DNA from: Antechinus flavipes
Lineage: Eukaryota
NCBI RefSeq assembly: GCF_016432865.1
Contig: NC_067404.1
Span: 71,734,001-71,798,000 of the forward strand
DNA: 64,000 nt
Reading direction: 5' to 3'
Notes under the pieces: model-generated
The model's input: the letters and a program-made list of their open reading frames with translations, nothing else
Told to the model about the DNA's origin: nothing
The model's database searches: none
Translations under genes and position numbers: made by a program
Shown here: piece by piece, positions 1 through 11,471 of the stretch
Position numbering within the stretch: the first letter of the stretch is position 1
Layout of the letters: every line of letters begins with the position of its first letter

Positions 1-190
1 ATCTACCTCATAGACTTTTTGAGAAATCTTCCCTGTTCCCATTCACATATAACATTAATACACATACATCATATCAACAGGAATTCCCTGGGAATCCTCA
101 GAGAGAGGAGCTTAGATTTAAAGCAACGTTACCCATCCAACACCCATAAACAACATGACTTGCTTATCTCTTTTTAAAAATCAAGGTAGG

Positions 191-971
191 ATTCTGGAGA
201 GCAATCTGGAATTATGCCCAAAAAGCTATCAAACTGTGCATACCCGTTGATCCAGCAGTGTTTCTATTGGGCTTATACCCCAAAGAGATACTAAAGAAGG
301 GAAAGGGACCTGTATGTGCCAAAATGTTTGTAGCAGCCCTGTTTGTAGTGGCTAGAAGCTGGAAAATGAATGGATGCCCATCCATTGGAGAATGGCTGGG
401 TAAATTGTGGTATATGAATGTTATGGAATATTATTGTTCTGTAAGGAATGACCAGCAGGATGAATACAGAGAGGACTGGCGAGACTTACATGAACTGATG
501 CTAAGTGAAATGAGCAGAACCAGGAGATCATTATACACTTCAACAATGATGCTGTATGAGGATGTATTCTGATGGAAGTGGATTTCTTTGACAAAGAGAC
601 CTAACTCCTTTTCAATTGATCAATGATGGACAGAAGCAGCTACACCCTAGAGAAAGAACACTGGGAAATGAATGTAAACTATTTGTATTTTTGTTTTTCT
701 TCCTGGGTTATTTTTACCTTCTGAATCCAATTCTCCCTGTGCAACAAGAGAACTGTTCGGTTCTGCACACATATATTGTATCTAGAATATACAGCAACAT
801 ATTTAATATATATAGGACTGCTTGCCATCTTGGGGAGAGGGTGGAGGGAGGGAGGGGAAAAATCGGAACAGAAGCGAGTGCAAGGGATAATGTTGTAAAA
901 AAAATTACCTGGCATGGGTTCTGTCAATAAAAAGTTATTATTAAAAAAAATCAATACATAAAAATTTTTTT
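191..971 (+). mobile_element. 5'-truncated young L1 (ORF2 C-terminus, 3'UTR, A-rich tail) with target-site duplication
   Basis: The open frame to 572 encodes L1 ORF2 C-terminal motifs (LGLYPKE, MFVAALFVVA, CPSIGEW, ELMLSEMSR). AATAAA and an A-rich tail lie at about 926-964. TTTTTAAAAATCAAGGTAGG is identical at 171-190 and 967-986. Confidence 0.95.
258..572 (+). pseudogene. L1 ORF2 C-terminal remnant (not an independent gene)
   Basis: The 104-aa ORF closely matches the minus-strand ORF at 56355-56648 and the L1 segment at about 46120-46470. Confidence 0.9.
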
Positions 972-1522
972 AAAAATCAAGGTAGGTTTCAGCATTACGA
1001 ATATGCTCATCTAAGCATATAGAAGACAAGGGGAAGGCATAGGGAGCAAGCTAGCAGAAGCTTGGAACTCGAGACAAAAGAAAAATAGCAGACCAACTCC
1101 AATATCCTGAAAACCAATCTTCATCTTTCCACAAACTATGACTGGTGCAGAAAGGACTGTCTTCAGACCCTCTGAGAAAGACTGCTCTAGCCTTGGAAGC
1201 ATCTTCAAGGGAAAAAAGTCATCACCATTTGTGCAGCAAGGAGGAGGGACATAGACCATCCCCCAAATTGGCCAGGAAGTGGAGAGATTATCCCGCTCAT
1301 GGTTCTTCTGTCTCGCTGAATTATTTCATTCTAGGCCTGATCACTTTTTAAAACTCATTATTCTCTTAGTTTCAAGTGTCTCTGAACCCTAGCTAATACT
1401 CTATCTCGACTTAAATGACAGATCAGATGAACTTAACTGACTTAGTGATTCCCCCTTCCCCAGTTGCCTATGCATTCGAATATATTGATTCGGCAACTTG
1501 TTCTAGTATAACATCAAAATTC

Positions 1523-1554
<32 letters not shown>

Positions 1555-1566
1555 TGTGTGTGTGTG
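1523..1566. repeat. (TG)n microsatellite
   Basis: Read directly; one TA interruption. Confidence 0.97.
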
Positions 1567-1884
1567 AATCTAGGGACACATATCCTTTCTGAGCTTCACC
1601 TGAAACTTCAGGGTTCAGACTAACTGCTCCTTGCCATTTGTAGATCCTCTGAAACCCTTTTGCTTTGGAGGGGAAGGAAGGAGTCATGATTTCTGAGTCA
1701 ACTTCATCAGGAATCAGTATTGTGAAATCCAAGTGAAAACAAGAATCACCTTCCTCTTATGCCCACCTAGTTCACTTACACGTAGCATTATCATAATCTG
1801 TCATTTTTGGTTTGCGATGAACCGAAATGGGATTATGGTTTAATTTAAAATATTTAGAACTTTTTGTCCCTAAGATCTGAGAGC

Positions 1885-2030
1885 ATGAGGAGGTGAGGAA
1901 AACCTGGATTTTTGAGTCGAAGGAAATGAATTCAAATCCTGGGGTTGTTTCTACTGGTGTGACCTCTAAGCCTCAAGATTCCTTATCTGCAAAATAAGGA
2001 TGCTGGATTGGATGATCTCTAAAATCCCTT
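1885..2030 (+). mobile_element. MIR-family SINE fragment
   Basis: GAATTCAAATCCTGG...CCTTATCTGCAAAATAAGG core-like motif. Confidence 0.6.
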
Positions 2031-2509
2031 CAAGTACCCAACCTGGAACCTGGGCACTATTTCCTGATCTGCAGTTCTAAGAAATATGAAACAATGTAAG
2101 ACCAATCAAATTCTGTTTTCCTATCAATATAAATGATCAGTTATGGATCAACTCATTTACTTAAAAAGAAAACACCAGAACTCCTTATGCCTTGAAGGAC
2201 AGGATCAGGCGTATGCTGATAAACATTTAACACACTCTGAAGTTTAATTTACATCATTAACATTTTCTCCATCCCTTTCTTAAGTTCTGAAAATCAACAA
2301 AAATAGCCCCAGTTTGTAGCATTGATCCATTTCCAAGATGTAAATGCTCACACAGGAAATTTGAAAACCACAGCCGGCTCCAGGATAACCCTGGACTAGA
2401 TAAAATAAAAATTCATATTCACCACTGGGTTTAAAGGATCCACTTTTCCCCAGATAAAGAGATAACAAGAACAAAAGTTGACATTTATGTTGTTCTTTAA
2501 GTTTTCCAA

Positions 2510-2715
2510 AGTTGTTTCCTTTTATTATGTCATTTGGTCTTTACAACAACCATATGAGGTAGATGCTATTATTACCACTCCCATTTTACAGATGGACAAA
2601 GTTAAGCAAAGGAAAGCTAAGTATCTTGCTCAAGGTCCCACAGCTACTGTCTGAAGAATGATTCAAGCTCTGATCCTAGAACTCTGTCTGCTATACCATA
2701 TTGCCTCACTATGAA
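2510..2715 (-). mobile_element. MIR SINE
   Basis: GGTAGATGCTATTATT...CCCATTTTACAGATG is the reverse MIR core. Confidence 0.75.
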
Positions 2716-2849
2716 TTAACAATTCATGAGGAAGAAGGGACCAATTTATGAGCTGTCCTTTAGACACAGGCTTTACTATTGTAAGTTAAAGGCAGGCATT
2801 TGGTACTACTAGGTTTATACGCCCAAAAAGATCAAAAAGAAAAAGCCAC

Positions 2850-3180
2850 ATGTAACAAAATATTGATAGCAACTCTTTTTGTAGGGGTGAAGAACCAGGA
2901 ACTATGGGAATGTCCATCAATTGGGGAAACAGGTGAATGAATGATTATATGAATATAATAGAAAAAGGTAGTTTCTGAGAAACCTGGGTAACTTGTGTAA
3001 ATTAATGCAGAGTGAAGTGTAAAGAACCAGGAAACCCACTTATACAATAAGAATTTTGTTAAGAAAACAGATATAAGAGACATGAATCGGGGAATTACCA
3101 ACTAGGATTTCAGAGGGCCATGGATGAAACATGCTACCCACCTCTGGCTAGAGAAGTGATGAAGTGGGGGTGCAGAAATT
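2850..3180 (+). mobile_element. Old L1 ORF2 3' fragment
   Basis: AAAATATTGATAGCAACTCTTTTTGT...TGTCCATCAATTGGGGAA resembles the same ORF2 C-terminal segment, more decayed. Confidence 0.75.
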
Positions 3181-3314
3181 GGTGGGGCACAGCCCACGTG
3201 AGAATTTATTTTTACTAGACCATCATACTCTTAAAGGAATTTTCCCCCTTTTCTTTTCAGTTGAAAAGGAGAGAAAATAAGTGCTTACATGAATATTTTT
3301 AATAGAAAATGAAG

Positions 3315-3480
3315 CCAGGCATTGTGGGAGAGCAGAAGTCTTAGCCTTATGGTCAGGTAGAAGCCACATTCAGATCCTGCTCAGGAATTGGCTAGTTTGG
3401 TGACCACAGTCGGGCAAGTCACTTTCAGAGTCTCAGACAAGTCCCTAAGATTTAGCTCTTAAATTATAAGAGCTATAATC
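3315..3480 (+). mobile_element. MIR SINE fragment
   Basis: GTGACCACAGTCGGGCAAGTCACTT core-like motif. Confidence 0.5.
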
Positions 3481-4054
3481 TATGTTGGTGGTGAATATTT
3501 CCACATGAATGAAATGATTGTCTTATAAATAAAAAACCTAGCCCTCGAGCAAGTATTGGACCATTTCAAAAGAAATAGGGAAATCCAAGTAGATTTGTCT
3601 TGGCTCCCACTATCCTCCAAAAGTCCCCAGACTCTCAGAGCTGGAAGGCACCTCTGAGGCCTAGAAGGCATAACTCAGATCTAAACAGAAATTTTCTACA
3701 GCGTCCTGACCAGTGGACATCAGTGAGGGTGAATGGGACCAGGTGAAGATTTCTCAAAAAGTCTATGAGATGGAATGGGTCAGACCCTAGGCTTAAGTTT
3801 CAGGAAGTTGTGTGAGTGAGTGAGTGAGTGAGTGAGTCTATCCTCAGAGGACTATAGACAGAAAAGGTCAGATCCTAGGTTGTGACCCACAAGACTTAGC
3901 ATTTCTGATCATTGATCAATGGTTTCTTCCTTTTCAGTCCATCCAATAAACTCGTCTTTTTGCTATTTAATCAATTCACAGTTTCCGGCCCGGGACCAAC
4001 CCACCAAACTTGAGCTGATCAATTGGTGTATTTGGAGCTTTCTTTGCCAGGGCC

Positions 4055-4074
4055 TGATAAATACTTCCTGTTTG
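4055..4074 (-). promoter_or_regulatory. Candidate FOX:ETS composite site with adjacent GATA site
   Basis: The minus strand reads CAAACAGGAAGT (4063-4074); TGATAA is at 4055-4060. Motif match only. Confidence 0.3.
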
Positions 4075-4639
4075 TATCTGAAGATGCCTCTGAGTAGTGA
4101 ATTTGGGTAAGGAAGTCTAGCACCCTGTCCCACACAACGGGATGATGCACAGTCTCCTCCCTGAGGTGACCTGTGTCCCTATGGGCCAGCTCCCACGGGG
4201 AGGAAGATTTTCCTGGTATCTCATCCTCCTGGTATCAGCTCACCCACATGTAAGGAAATTAAGAGTGGTTCAGAAATACTAAGGAAACCAAGGGAACCCT
4301 TGGGTTCAAAAGCAAAGTGGAAATGGATCTTTTGGCTTTTTGTGCTGCAAAACAGCCATCTCTTCTTCCTGGGGGATTAACGACTTCCTCTTTATTTCCT
4401 TCTGGGTTGCTAGATAGATTAGTGTGCTTCTGACTCATTAAACACAAACATTAAACTCTGAAATGCATTCTCAACTTCTCTCCTGAAGAGTAGGAACCAA
4501 ATTGGATGATCTTTATTGAAGGACATTAATGCATCACAGAAAAGAAGATTAACTTGTAAAAACAATGAACTTCCCCCTCCTTTGTCAATAAATTCTAAGG
4601 CCTTGCTTATTGCTGCCTGCTAAGGAGATGCAAGTTAAA

Positions 4640-5030
4640 GGCAGACAGAGAGAGTTTTCTATTTGGGAACAGGAGGAGATGGAGGGACCAGCTGGTCAAA
4701 AATAACTCCACTGGACTTCAGAATAGATGTCGAGATATATAGGGTGTCTCGAAAGTCTTAGAGAAGTTTTAAACTATGACGTAAAGCACTCCAAGCAAGA
4801 GAGGCAGCTTTTGCAAAAGCTCACAGTCAGGAGATGGAACATTGTGGAGAGGGAACATGAAACAGGCCAGTTCGCCTATAATGGAAAGTTCCTGGAGAAG
4901 AGTAATAAAAAATAAGACTGAAAAGCTTGGAGGCAGACCTTCTAAGGTTTGAAGCGCCCAATGAGAAGTTTATATTTAATTCCGATAGCCAATAGACAAC
5001 CACTGAAGCATCTCAAGTAGGGGAGGTGAA
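4640..5030 (-). mobile_element. L2 LINE fragment
   Basis: Purine-rich sequence typical of the reverse strand of the L2 3' region. Confidence 0.55.
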
Positions 5031-5874
5031 TGGCACTTACTAAATGCTTGATGATAAATGAATGAATGAATCTAGAAAAAGTTCTTTAAGATCTCAGGAC
5101 TCATCTGATGTCTCAGGAAATAGAGCCAGTCACATATTAAATCAGATCTGCAAAGGATACCTCTTACTTGGAAAAGATTTGGGGCCAGCAACAATTTTGA
5201 TAATAAACCACGCTAGAACACACAATGTAGAATTGCATAGTAGGTGCTTGCTTAGTGACCCATGGATTGATAATATGTGCCTGACTTTTCATTAGGAACA
5301 GTGGGGGCTATAGAGCCAAATGGCAACATAAGTAAAAACATGCCTTTTCCAAGTCTTTGTTGAGTGAGACTCCAAAAACAAAAAGGGGCAACCATCATCA
5401 TACAAAGATAGAACACGCAGAGTCCACGGTTAGGCAGAATCATTTGCTTGTGGTAGAAGCTGACGGGGAGAGGCAGCTCTGAGTGGCCACATCAGTGCGT
5501 CTGGGGCTTACAAGCAAGGCTGCTTTGTCTGGCACTGAGATGAAATGAGCCTCCTATCCATGGAACCCTATTATACAAGAGCTTTTGATGAGAGAAATCT
5601 AAGCAAAGCTTCATGATCAAAACCAGCCGCCACCTGCAGCCTCGGGGTTCTGAGTAGACATCTCTTGTAGAAATCTAAGAATCCTTTAAAACCCAAACCC
5701 CTACTCTGGAAAACCTGTGCCTGATTTCAAAGCACAACATTTGATCTACTTTACATGCGACTGCAAAGGTTGTTGGGGTTTTTTTTAACTTAAAAATTTT
5801 TTCTTTAGCAGAATGGGAAACTTAAAGATTGAAGTGTAATTTTAGAAATTTCTTCATTTGGTATACAGTAAAAA

Positions 5875-5896
5875 ATATATATATATATATATATAT
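5875..5896. repeat. (TA)n microsatellite
   Basis: Read directly. Confidence 0.95.
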
Positions 5897-6269
5897 CATT
5901 TATCAGAGGGGTTTTGCTAAAGGAATAAAAGCGTCGGCCACCGGAATTAGGAGCCAAAACCCCAAGTAGAAAGGAACCTTTCAGGGCTGAGAAAAGAAAC
6001 AATTTCCTGGAAAGAGATTGAGCTTGTGTTTACATATCATACTCCTCTCAAAACACCCCAAACAATTAGGCATTTTTCCAGATTCAGAAAATAAAAAACC
6101 GAAAGACAATAGAAAGCACTGGGGAAAAAAAGGCTAGGACTGTAAAATAGAAAGATTGTTGGATTTGGGGCAAGGAAGCAGGTTCAAATCATGCTTTCTA
6201 TCTGTATGATCCTTCCTCAATCTGGTCCTTGGCTGCCTCCTGAGATCCAAACATGTGACAGAATAATGA

Positions 6270-6430
6270 TATATTTCTTTCATTTGAGCCTCAGACCAAC
6301 CCTGTGAGGTAGCTACTCTGTTATCCCCATTCCAGATGACAAAACTGAGGCTCGGAGAAGTGATTTACCCATAGTCATGCTGGGAAGTGTCAGAAGCAAA
6401 CTTCGAATCAAGCTGTTGCTGATCCTCTCT
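6270..6430 (-). mobile_element. MIR SINE
   Basis: CCCTGTGAGGTAG...CCCATTCCAGATGACAAAACTGAGGCT. Confidence 0.75.
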
Positions 6431-7114
6431 CCGCTATGTCACACAAACCAAGGACTGTTTATGCCCCGTTCTGGGATGTGCTGTTACATTCATTTTTATG
6501 TTTCAATAGCATTGTGAAGTCCCAGGGGCCCACCGGGAAAGGGCTGTTACCATGTGGGTAATGCCAGAGATAAACTTTGCCTGACTTCACTGGCAAGAGA
6601 GGCAGTGAAGGCAATTAAGAGACAATTCAGTTGGCTCATATTCATCGAGCCACTTTCTTCATGGGCTTTCAAAATCAGCTACTACCCACATACTCCCTAA
6701 AATAGAAGCACTTTCCAAGTTCATATTTCTGTCACTTATTTGAAGAGCTTTTACCATTATTTACCCTCAACAGGGGCATCAGACTGCCTTTGAATTTCTT
6801 GTCTAAAATACGACTAGCCACAAACTGTAGAGAAGATTTCTTGAGATAGAACATTGTGGGCCATCCATCATCCTGGATACAGCCGCATCTTGGCTCGAGG
6901 GCATCCCTTGCAGCTCATCAATGGACGAGTCATGAGGTTCCAGGAATTGTTTTTCTTCTCAATGACAAAATGCTTTTCAACCAGCTGTCCACTAGACTCA
7001 ACCAGAATTCATCAAATGAGAAACTCCATTATCAATACTTAAATAATAACTCTTTAATGATAGACACACCTGGGTCAAGGACTAGTTAGAAAGTCCCATG
7101 AGAAAAATGGGCCC

Positions 7115-7440
7115 AATCAATAGGCATTTATTAACCACCTGTTATGCACTGGCATTATATGCTAAGTGCTCGAGATACACAAAGTGGCAAAAATCAGTCC
7201 CTGTCCTCAAAGAGCTCAGAAGCAATAAGCCAACAAATATGTACATGCAAGCTATGTACGGGATAAACAGAGGAAAGACACCAGAACTAAGAGAGGTTGG
7301 GAAAGGCTTTTGGTAGAAATGGGATTTTAGTGGGGACTTCAAGGAAGCCAGGAGGCAGAGATGAGGAGGAAGAGCATTCTAGGAGTGGGGAAAGAGTGAA
7401 AACGGCCAGAGCTGAGAGATGGAGGATCTTGTTTTTGGAC
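7115..7440 (-). mobile_element. L2 LINE 3' end
   Basis: GGCATTTATTAACCACCTGTTATG...CCCTGTCCTCAAAGAGCTCA is the reverse of the L2 3' terminus. Confidence 0.75.
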
Positions 7441-7897
7441 AGCCAAGGAGGCCAGTGTCACTGTAATAAAGGGGTTCCAAAGTTCCTTTCCAGCAATAAG
7501 GTTCATTTGTGACACAGCGGGATTCTTTTTTCCTTAGTTTCCTCCAAGTGCAACAGGTGCCCAATTCAAAAGAGGCTCACAGTACTTCCAAGTCTTCAGC
7601 AGAATAGACTAGAAGAGCTTAACAACTAGCTAGCCCCACCAGTTAATGAAAATAGGAAGTGGCAAGATGGCAGGCTAGGATGTGCCCATCCCTCACCTCC
7701 ACACACCAGTATCCCCAGGAATAGCCTCATCTTGGTGTTCTGGTGGCTCAGTCTTACCCTTCCCCCAATGGCCAAGAGAGATGCCCTTGAGGTCTAGCTC
7801 GGCTCTTCATCGATGTTCTTCTGAGTTGTAGCTAGAATGGAATCTGCAATTCTCAACATCACAGCTCCTTTGTGTATTTGCCTATATTTTAGGTAGT

Positions 7898-7899
<2 letters not shown>

Positions 7900-7943
<44 letters not shown>
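7900..7943. repeat. (CA)n microsatellite
   Basis: Read directly. Confidence 0.97.
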
Positions 7944-7945
<2 letters not shown>

Positions 7946-7974
7946 TTATTTGCCCTGCTTTCTGAAGAGGACCT

Positions 7975-8355
7975 TGACATTGGAAAGTGATGCCTTAGCA
8001 TGGGAGTGAATTGGATTGAAGTGAGGTCACCTTCCTCTCTTTCCCCTCTAGAACCCTCTGGGTCCAGTGACCAGCTAGAGATCAGTATGACTAGACATGT
8101 CCTGGATGCAGTGGGAGACCTGGGCCTTTCTAAGCTAACAGGTCTCAGTTTGACTGAGGTAATACCCATTCAGTGATCAAGGCTGGTTAGCAATTGACAC
8201 AAAGAATTCCTCTTTGACCAACCTGATTCTCGTGGATAGGCCACCAACAGGTCCCAGGCCAAGCCCTGTTAGGTCACTGTTTCGGTCCCAATAGTCTCAG
8301 ATTGAATGTAAATAGCAGTCATTTCTGCTTCTGCCAGAAATCTTAGGGTCTATTC
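7975..8355 (-). mobile_element. RTE-related non-autonomous element (MdoRep1/RTESINE-like; name uncertain)
   Basis: Reverse-complement paralogue of 17585-18020: GCAGTCATTTCTGCT vs AGCAGAAATGACTGC, GGTCTCAGTTTGACTGAGG vs CCTCAGTCAAACTGAGACC, GAATTGGATTGAAGTGAG vs CTCACTTCAATCCAATTC. Confidence 0.75.
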
Positions 8356-8384
8356 CCCCCTACACATACACATTTCAATTTCAT

Positions 8385-8936
8385 TTTGATGGGGTGCATG
8401 GGGTACAGCTTCTAGGGGAAATACAGCAGTGATCCTGAAGTCTCCTGGCCTTAGTAATACAATGATACAGTCATATATTTCTTCCTTTAGATTTTAGGGA
8501 AGATACAGCAGTAATCCTGAGGCCCCCTGACTTTAGGAGTGCTATTGTTCTAACAATCTGTCAATAATTCCAAAGTCTCCTGGATTTAGGAATATAATAA
8601 TCTTACAAACATTGCTGACTGTCAGATGAACAAACTGTTGAGTTTCTGAGACAGTGATGAATAGACCACCCCTCAAACCTACATGTAGGCCATAAAATTC
8701 CCAAATAAGTAGCATAAAGCTCTGGTATCTCTAACTTTGTCCCGTAAATTTATCTTCTTGCTCCTAGTTCTTTGTTCAATCCTTTTGGAACTTAGCCTAC
8801 TTCAATTGGCGTTACAATTATAATAAACTTTTCCCCTTGACTTGGAGATGGGTCCAAGGCTACAGATTCTTTTGAGACACCCCATGACACTCATCTGTAA
8901 CCCCAATCTTTTGGGGTCTCCTTTTGAACCTCAACA
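8385..8936 (+). mobile_element. Probable solo LTR
   Basis: Internal repeated blocks, AATAAA at 8822-8827 and an end reading TTTTGAACCTCAACA. The 5' boundary is uncertain and no TSD was found. Confidence 0.55.
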
Positions 8937-8964
8937 AATTCAATTTTGTAAAAACCTTCATTTC

Positions 8965-9140
8965 AATGCAGCAGTGTGACAGTGGAGAGAGCACAGGATG
9001 TGCCGGTGGGATCACACCCCAGTTCTGATGCCTACTGGCTATGGGAGCAGGGGCAAATCTCGCCTCCATGAGTCTTAGTTTCCTCATTTGTAAAAATGAA
9101 GCCATTAAACCTGATCGCCTTCAAGCCCTTCCAAGCTCTA
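8965..9140 (+). mobile_element. MIR SINE
   Basis: CTTAGTTTCCTCATTTGTAAAAATG core. Confidence 0.75.
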
Positions 9141-9505
9141 GCTCTTTGACCCTATCACTTTTCATTCCAGCCGAGGGATGACAAATAAACAGATGGTCTG
9201 AGGCCTGCTATCTGGAAGTTGCTTCTGATATGTGCATAGAAAAGTCTTCCAGTGTATTAGCTTTTGAAATCAGTCTATGTATTCAAATCATCATTTTCCA
9301 GTATCTAAATTCATTTCATTCTATTCAGTTTTACTTGGGGGGTGGGGAAGATGAATGATAGCTATATTCTCCTACATGCTGATTTGCTCGGCCACAGTCT
9401 AGAGACTCGTCTTGTTCCTTTATCTATATCAATCACAAGAAGGGGGCTATGCATTCCAACTGTTGTACGTCTTAGCAGGAAAATTAATCTCTAGTTAGGC
9501 TGGAT

Positions 9506-9510
9506 AAGTT

Positions 9511-9570
<60 letters not shown>

Positions 9571-9575
9571 TATAT
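9506..9575. repeat. Compound (CATA)/(TA)n/(CA)n microsatellite
   Basis: Read directly. Confidence 0.95.
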
Positions 9576-10079
9576 ATGCTCTTAAGTTTATATACTCATC
9601 TGAGTAAACACAAAGGGTATCTGTCACTCCCTGAAATGCTTTTCATTCATCCAAGCAGGGGCCATGTTGACAGTTGGGCAATCATTTCTCTGAACTATAA
9701 AAATCTTCCATTAAAACCTTCCCAGTTTTGCCACATAGCAGAAATTATAAGGATATCGTCCATCAAAATACTGATATTAGAGGTTTTGTTTTCAGACATA
9801 GCAAATGAAATGTTCTTTTAGGTACCGCTTCCATTTTCTCTTTTAAAGGTTGTACTGCTGGGTCATTGGCTGTTAGCTGCTGTGTTTATTTACACAAAAT
9901 AACGTTCATTTCCTAAGATGCTTGCTTTCTAAAGCAGCTATCACTGTATAGATTGTAGCCTCCTTGATTTAAACTTGTCTAAACTTAATAATCGGCTACA
10001 TAATGAACTGAGTTGCTTGGGGAAGAGGAGAATGGGATCCCCTTCAGTGGGAGCTTCAAAGAGGCGGTTGGATCAAAAG

Positions 10080-10490
10080 CCTTTTACCCAAATTGGAGTT
10101 TCCATCCGCACCTTCTGCCACATTCACTGGGCTTGATGGATCACTAACCAGGCCCTTCTAAGTGATCTCCCTCAAGCCAGCCTCCACTATGTTGTACTTG
10201 TGGCGCTGTTTTTTTTTTGGACCTAAGCATAAGATTTGACCTTTATCCCTAATGAATTTCACCTTATTATATTCAGCCCAGTACCCTCACCCATCAGGAC
10301 TTTGGGGGTCTGGATTCTCTTATGCTTGTCTAAGCTACATCTTCCGGCCTAGTGTCATCTGCCCCTTTGATGAGAATGCGGCTACGACTCTTTCCAAGCC
10401 AATTAAAAATGGTAAAGAATATGAGAACAAGTACAGATCTCTGAGGCATTCCACGAGAGCCCTCCTGCCCATTAATATTAAATCATTGAG
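10080..10490 (-). mobile_element. CR1/L3 LINE, reverse-transcriptase region
   Basis: The minus strand at about 10341-10370 translates KGADDTRPE, similar to the CR1 KFADDTKL motif. Confidence 0.7.
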
Positions 10491-10700
10491 GCGGCTCTGT
10501 GGTACTGGCTCAGGTCAGGAAGACTGAGTTCAAATCCAGCCTGAGAGATTAACAAGCTGTGGGACTCTGGGCAATTCGCTTAACTTTTCTCTGCCTCAAT
10601 TTCCTCCTCTGTAAATGGGGATAATGATAGTGTTTACCTAAATACAGAATTATTATTATAAAGACAAAATGAAATAACAAATGTACATAGTGAGCTTTAC
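10490..10700 (+). mobile_element. MIR SINE
   Basis: GAGTTCAAATCCAGCC...CCTCAATTTCCTCCTCTGTAAATGGGGATAATGATAG. Confidence 0.85.
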
Positions 10701-10739
10701 GTAAATGCTATTAGTATCTTCATCATCATCATTTATTCA

Positions 10740-10900
10740 TTCTACCCCTTATACCTCAGTCTGTCCTGTGGGTCTTATCTAATCCCTTTCCAGGTGATGG
10801 ACCTTCAAAAAATGGGAGCTGTCATGGCCCATCCCAACTTTCCTTTCTTCTAGCTAAACATCTTCATTTCCTGAATGGATTCTCATACAACAATCTCAAG
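10740..10900 (-). mobile_element. CR1/L3 3' region fragment
   Basis: CTTTCCTTTCTTCTAGCTAAACATC resembles the reverse of the L3 GATGTTTAGCCTGGAGAAGAG segment. Confidence 0.5.
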
Positions 10901-11139
10901 GCCTTGAAGCAAACTTTAAAATGCGATATAAATGTCGTCTATTATTATTGCATAGCATTCAGTAAACCAAGTACAGGGGTTAAGGCTCCGATAACTGACA
11001 AAAATATGGCAGAAATTAGGCTTAAAACGATAGTTTGTATCATCTGCCACAATAAGCACCAAATGGATACATGACATATATTAAGTATCATATAATAAAA
11101 AAATTAGAGGAAGATGGAAGGAGATACCTAATAAAAATA

Positions 11140-11400
11140 GTTGGCATTTCTGTAGCACCCATTATAGATCAGGTGCCACGCTAAGTGTTTTACAAAAATT
11201 ACCTCGCTTGATTCTCATGACAAGCTGGGAGGTAGGTGCTATTATTATCCTCATTTTACAGATGAGTAAATTGAGAAAGAGCAGTCAAGTGACTTGTCTG
11301 GAGTCACAAAACTGGTAAATGCCTGGAGCTGAATTTGAACTCAGGTTTTCCTGATTTCAGGCCCAAAGTCTATTCACAGGGTTGCCTATCTGCCTTTAAT
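11140..11400 (-). mobile_element. MIR SINE
   Basis: GGTAGGTGCTATTATTATCCTCATTTTACAGATGAG...GAATTTGAACTCAGG. Confidence 0.85.
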
Positions 11401-11471
11401 AATTACAGGAAAGGGGAAGAATATAAGCATTTATTAAGTGCTTGGTATGTGCCAGTTGCTGTGCTCAGCTC

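Noticed and set aside
616-954. ORFs of 104 aa (+) and 91 aa (-)
   Set aside because: Both lie wholly within the L1 3'UTR and are chance open frames.
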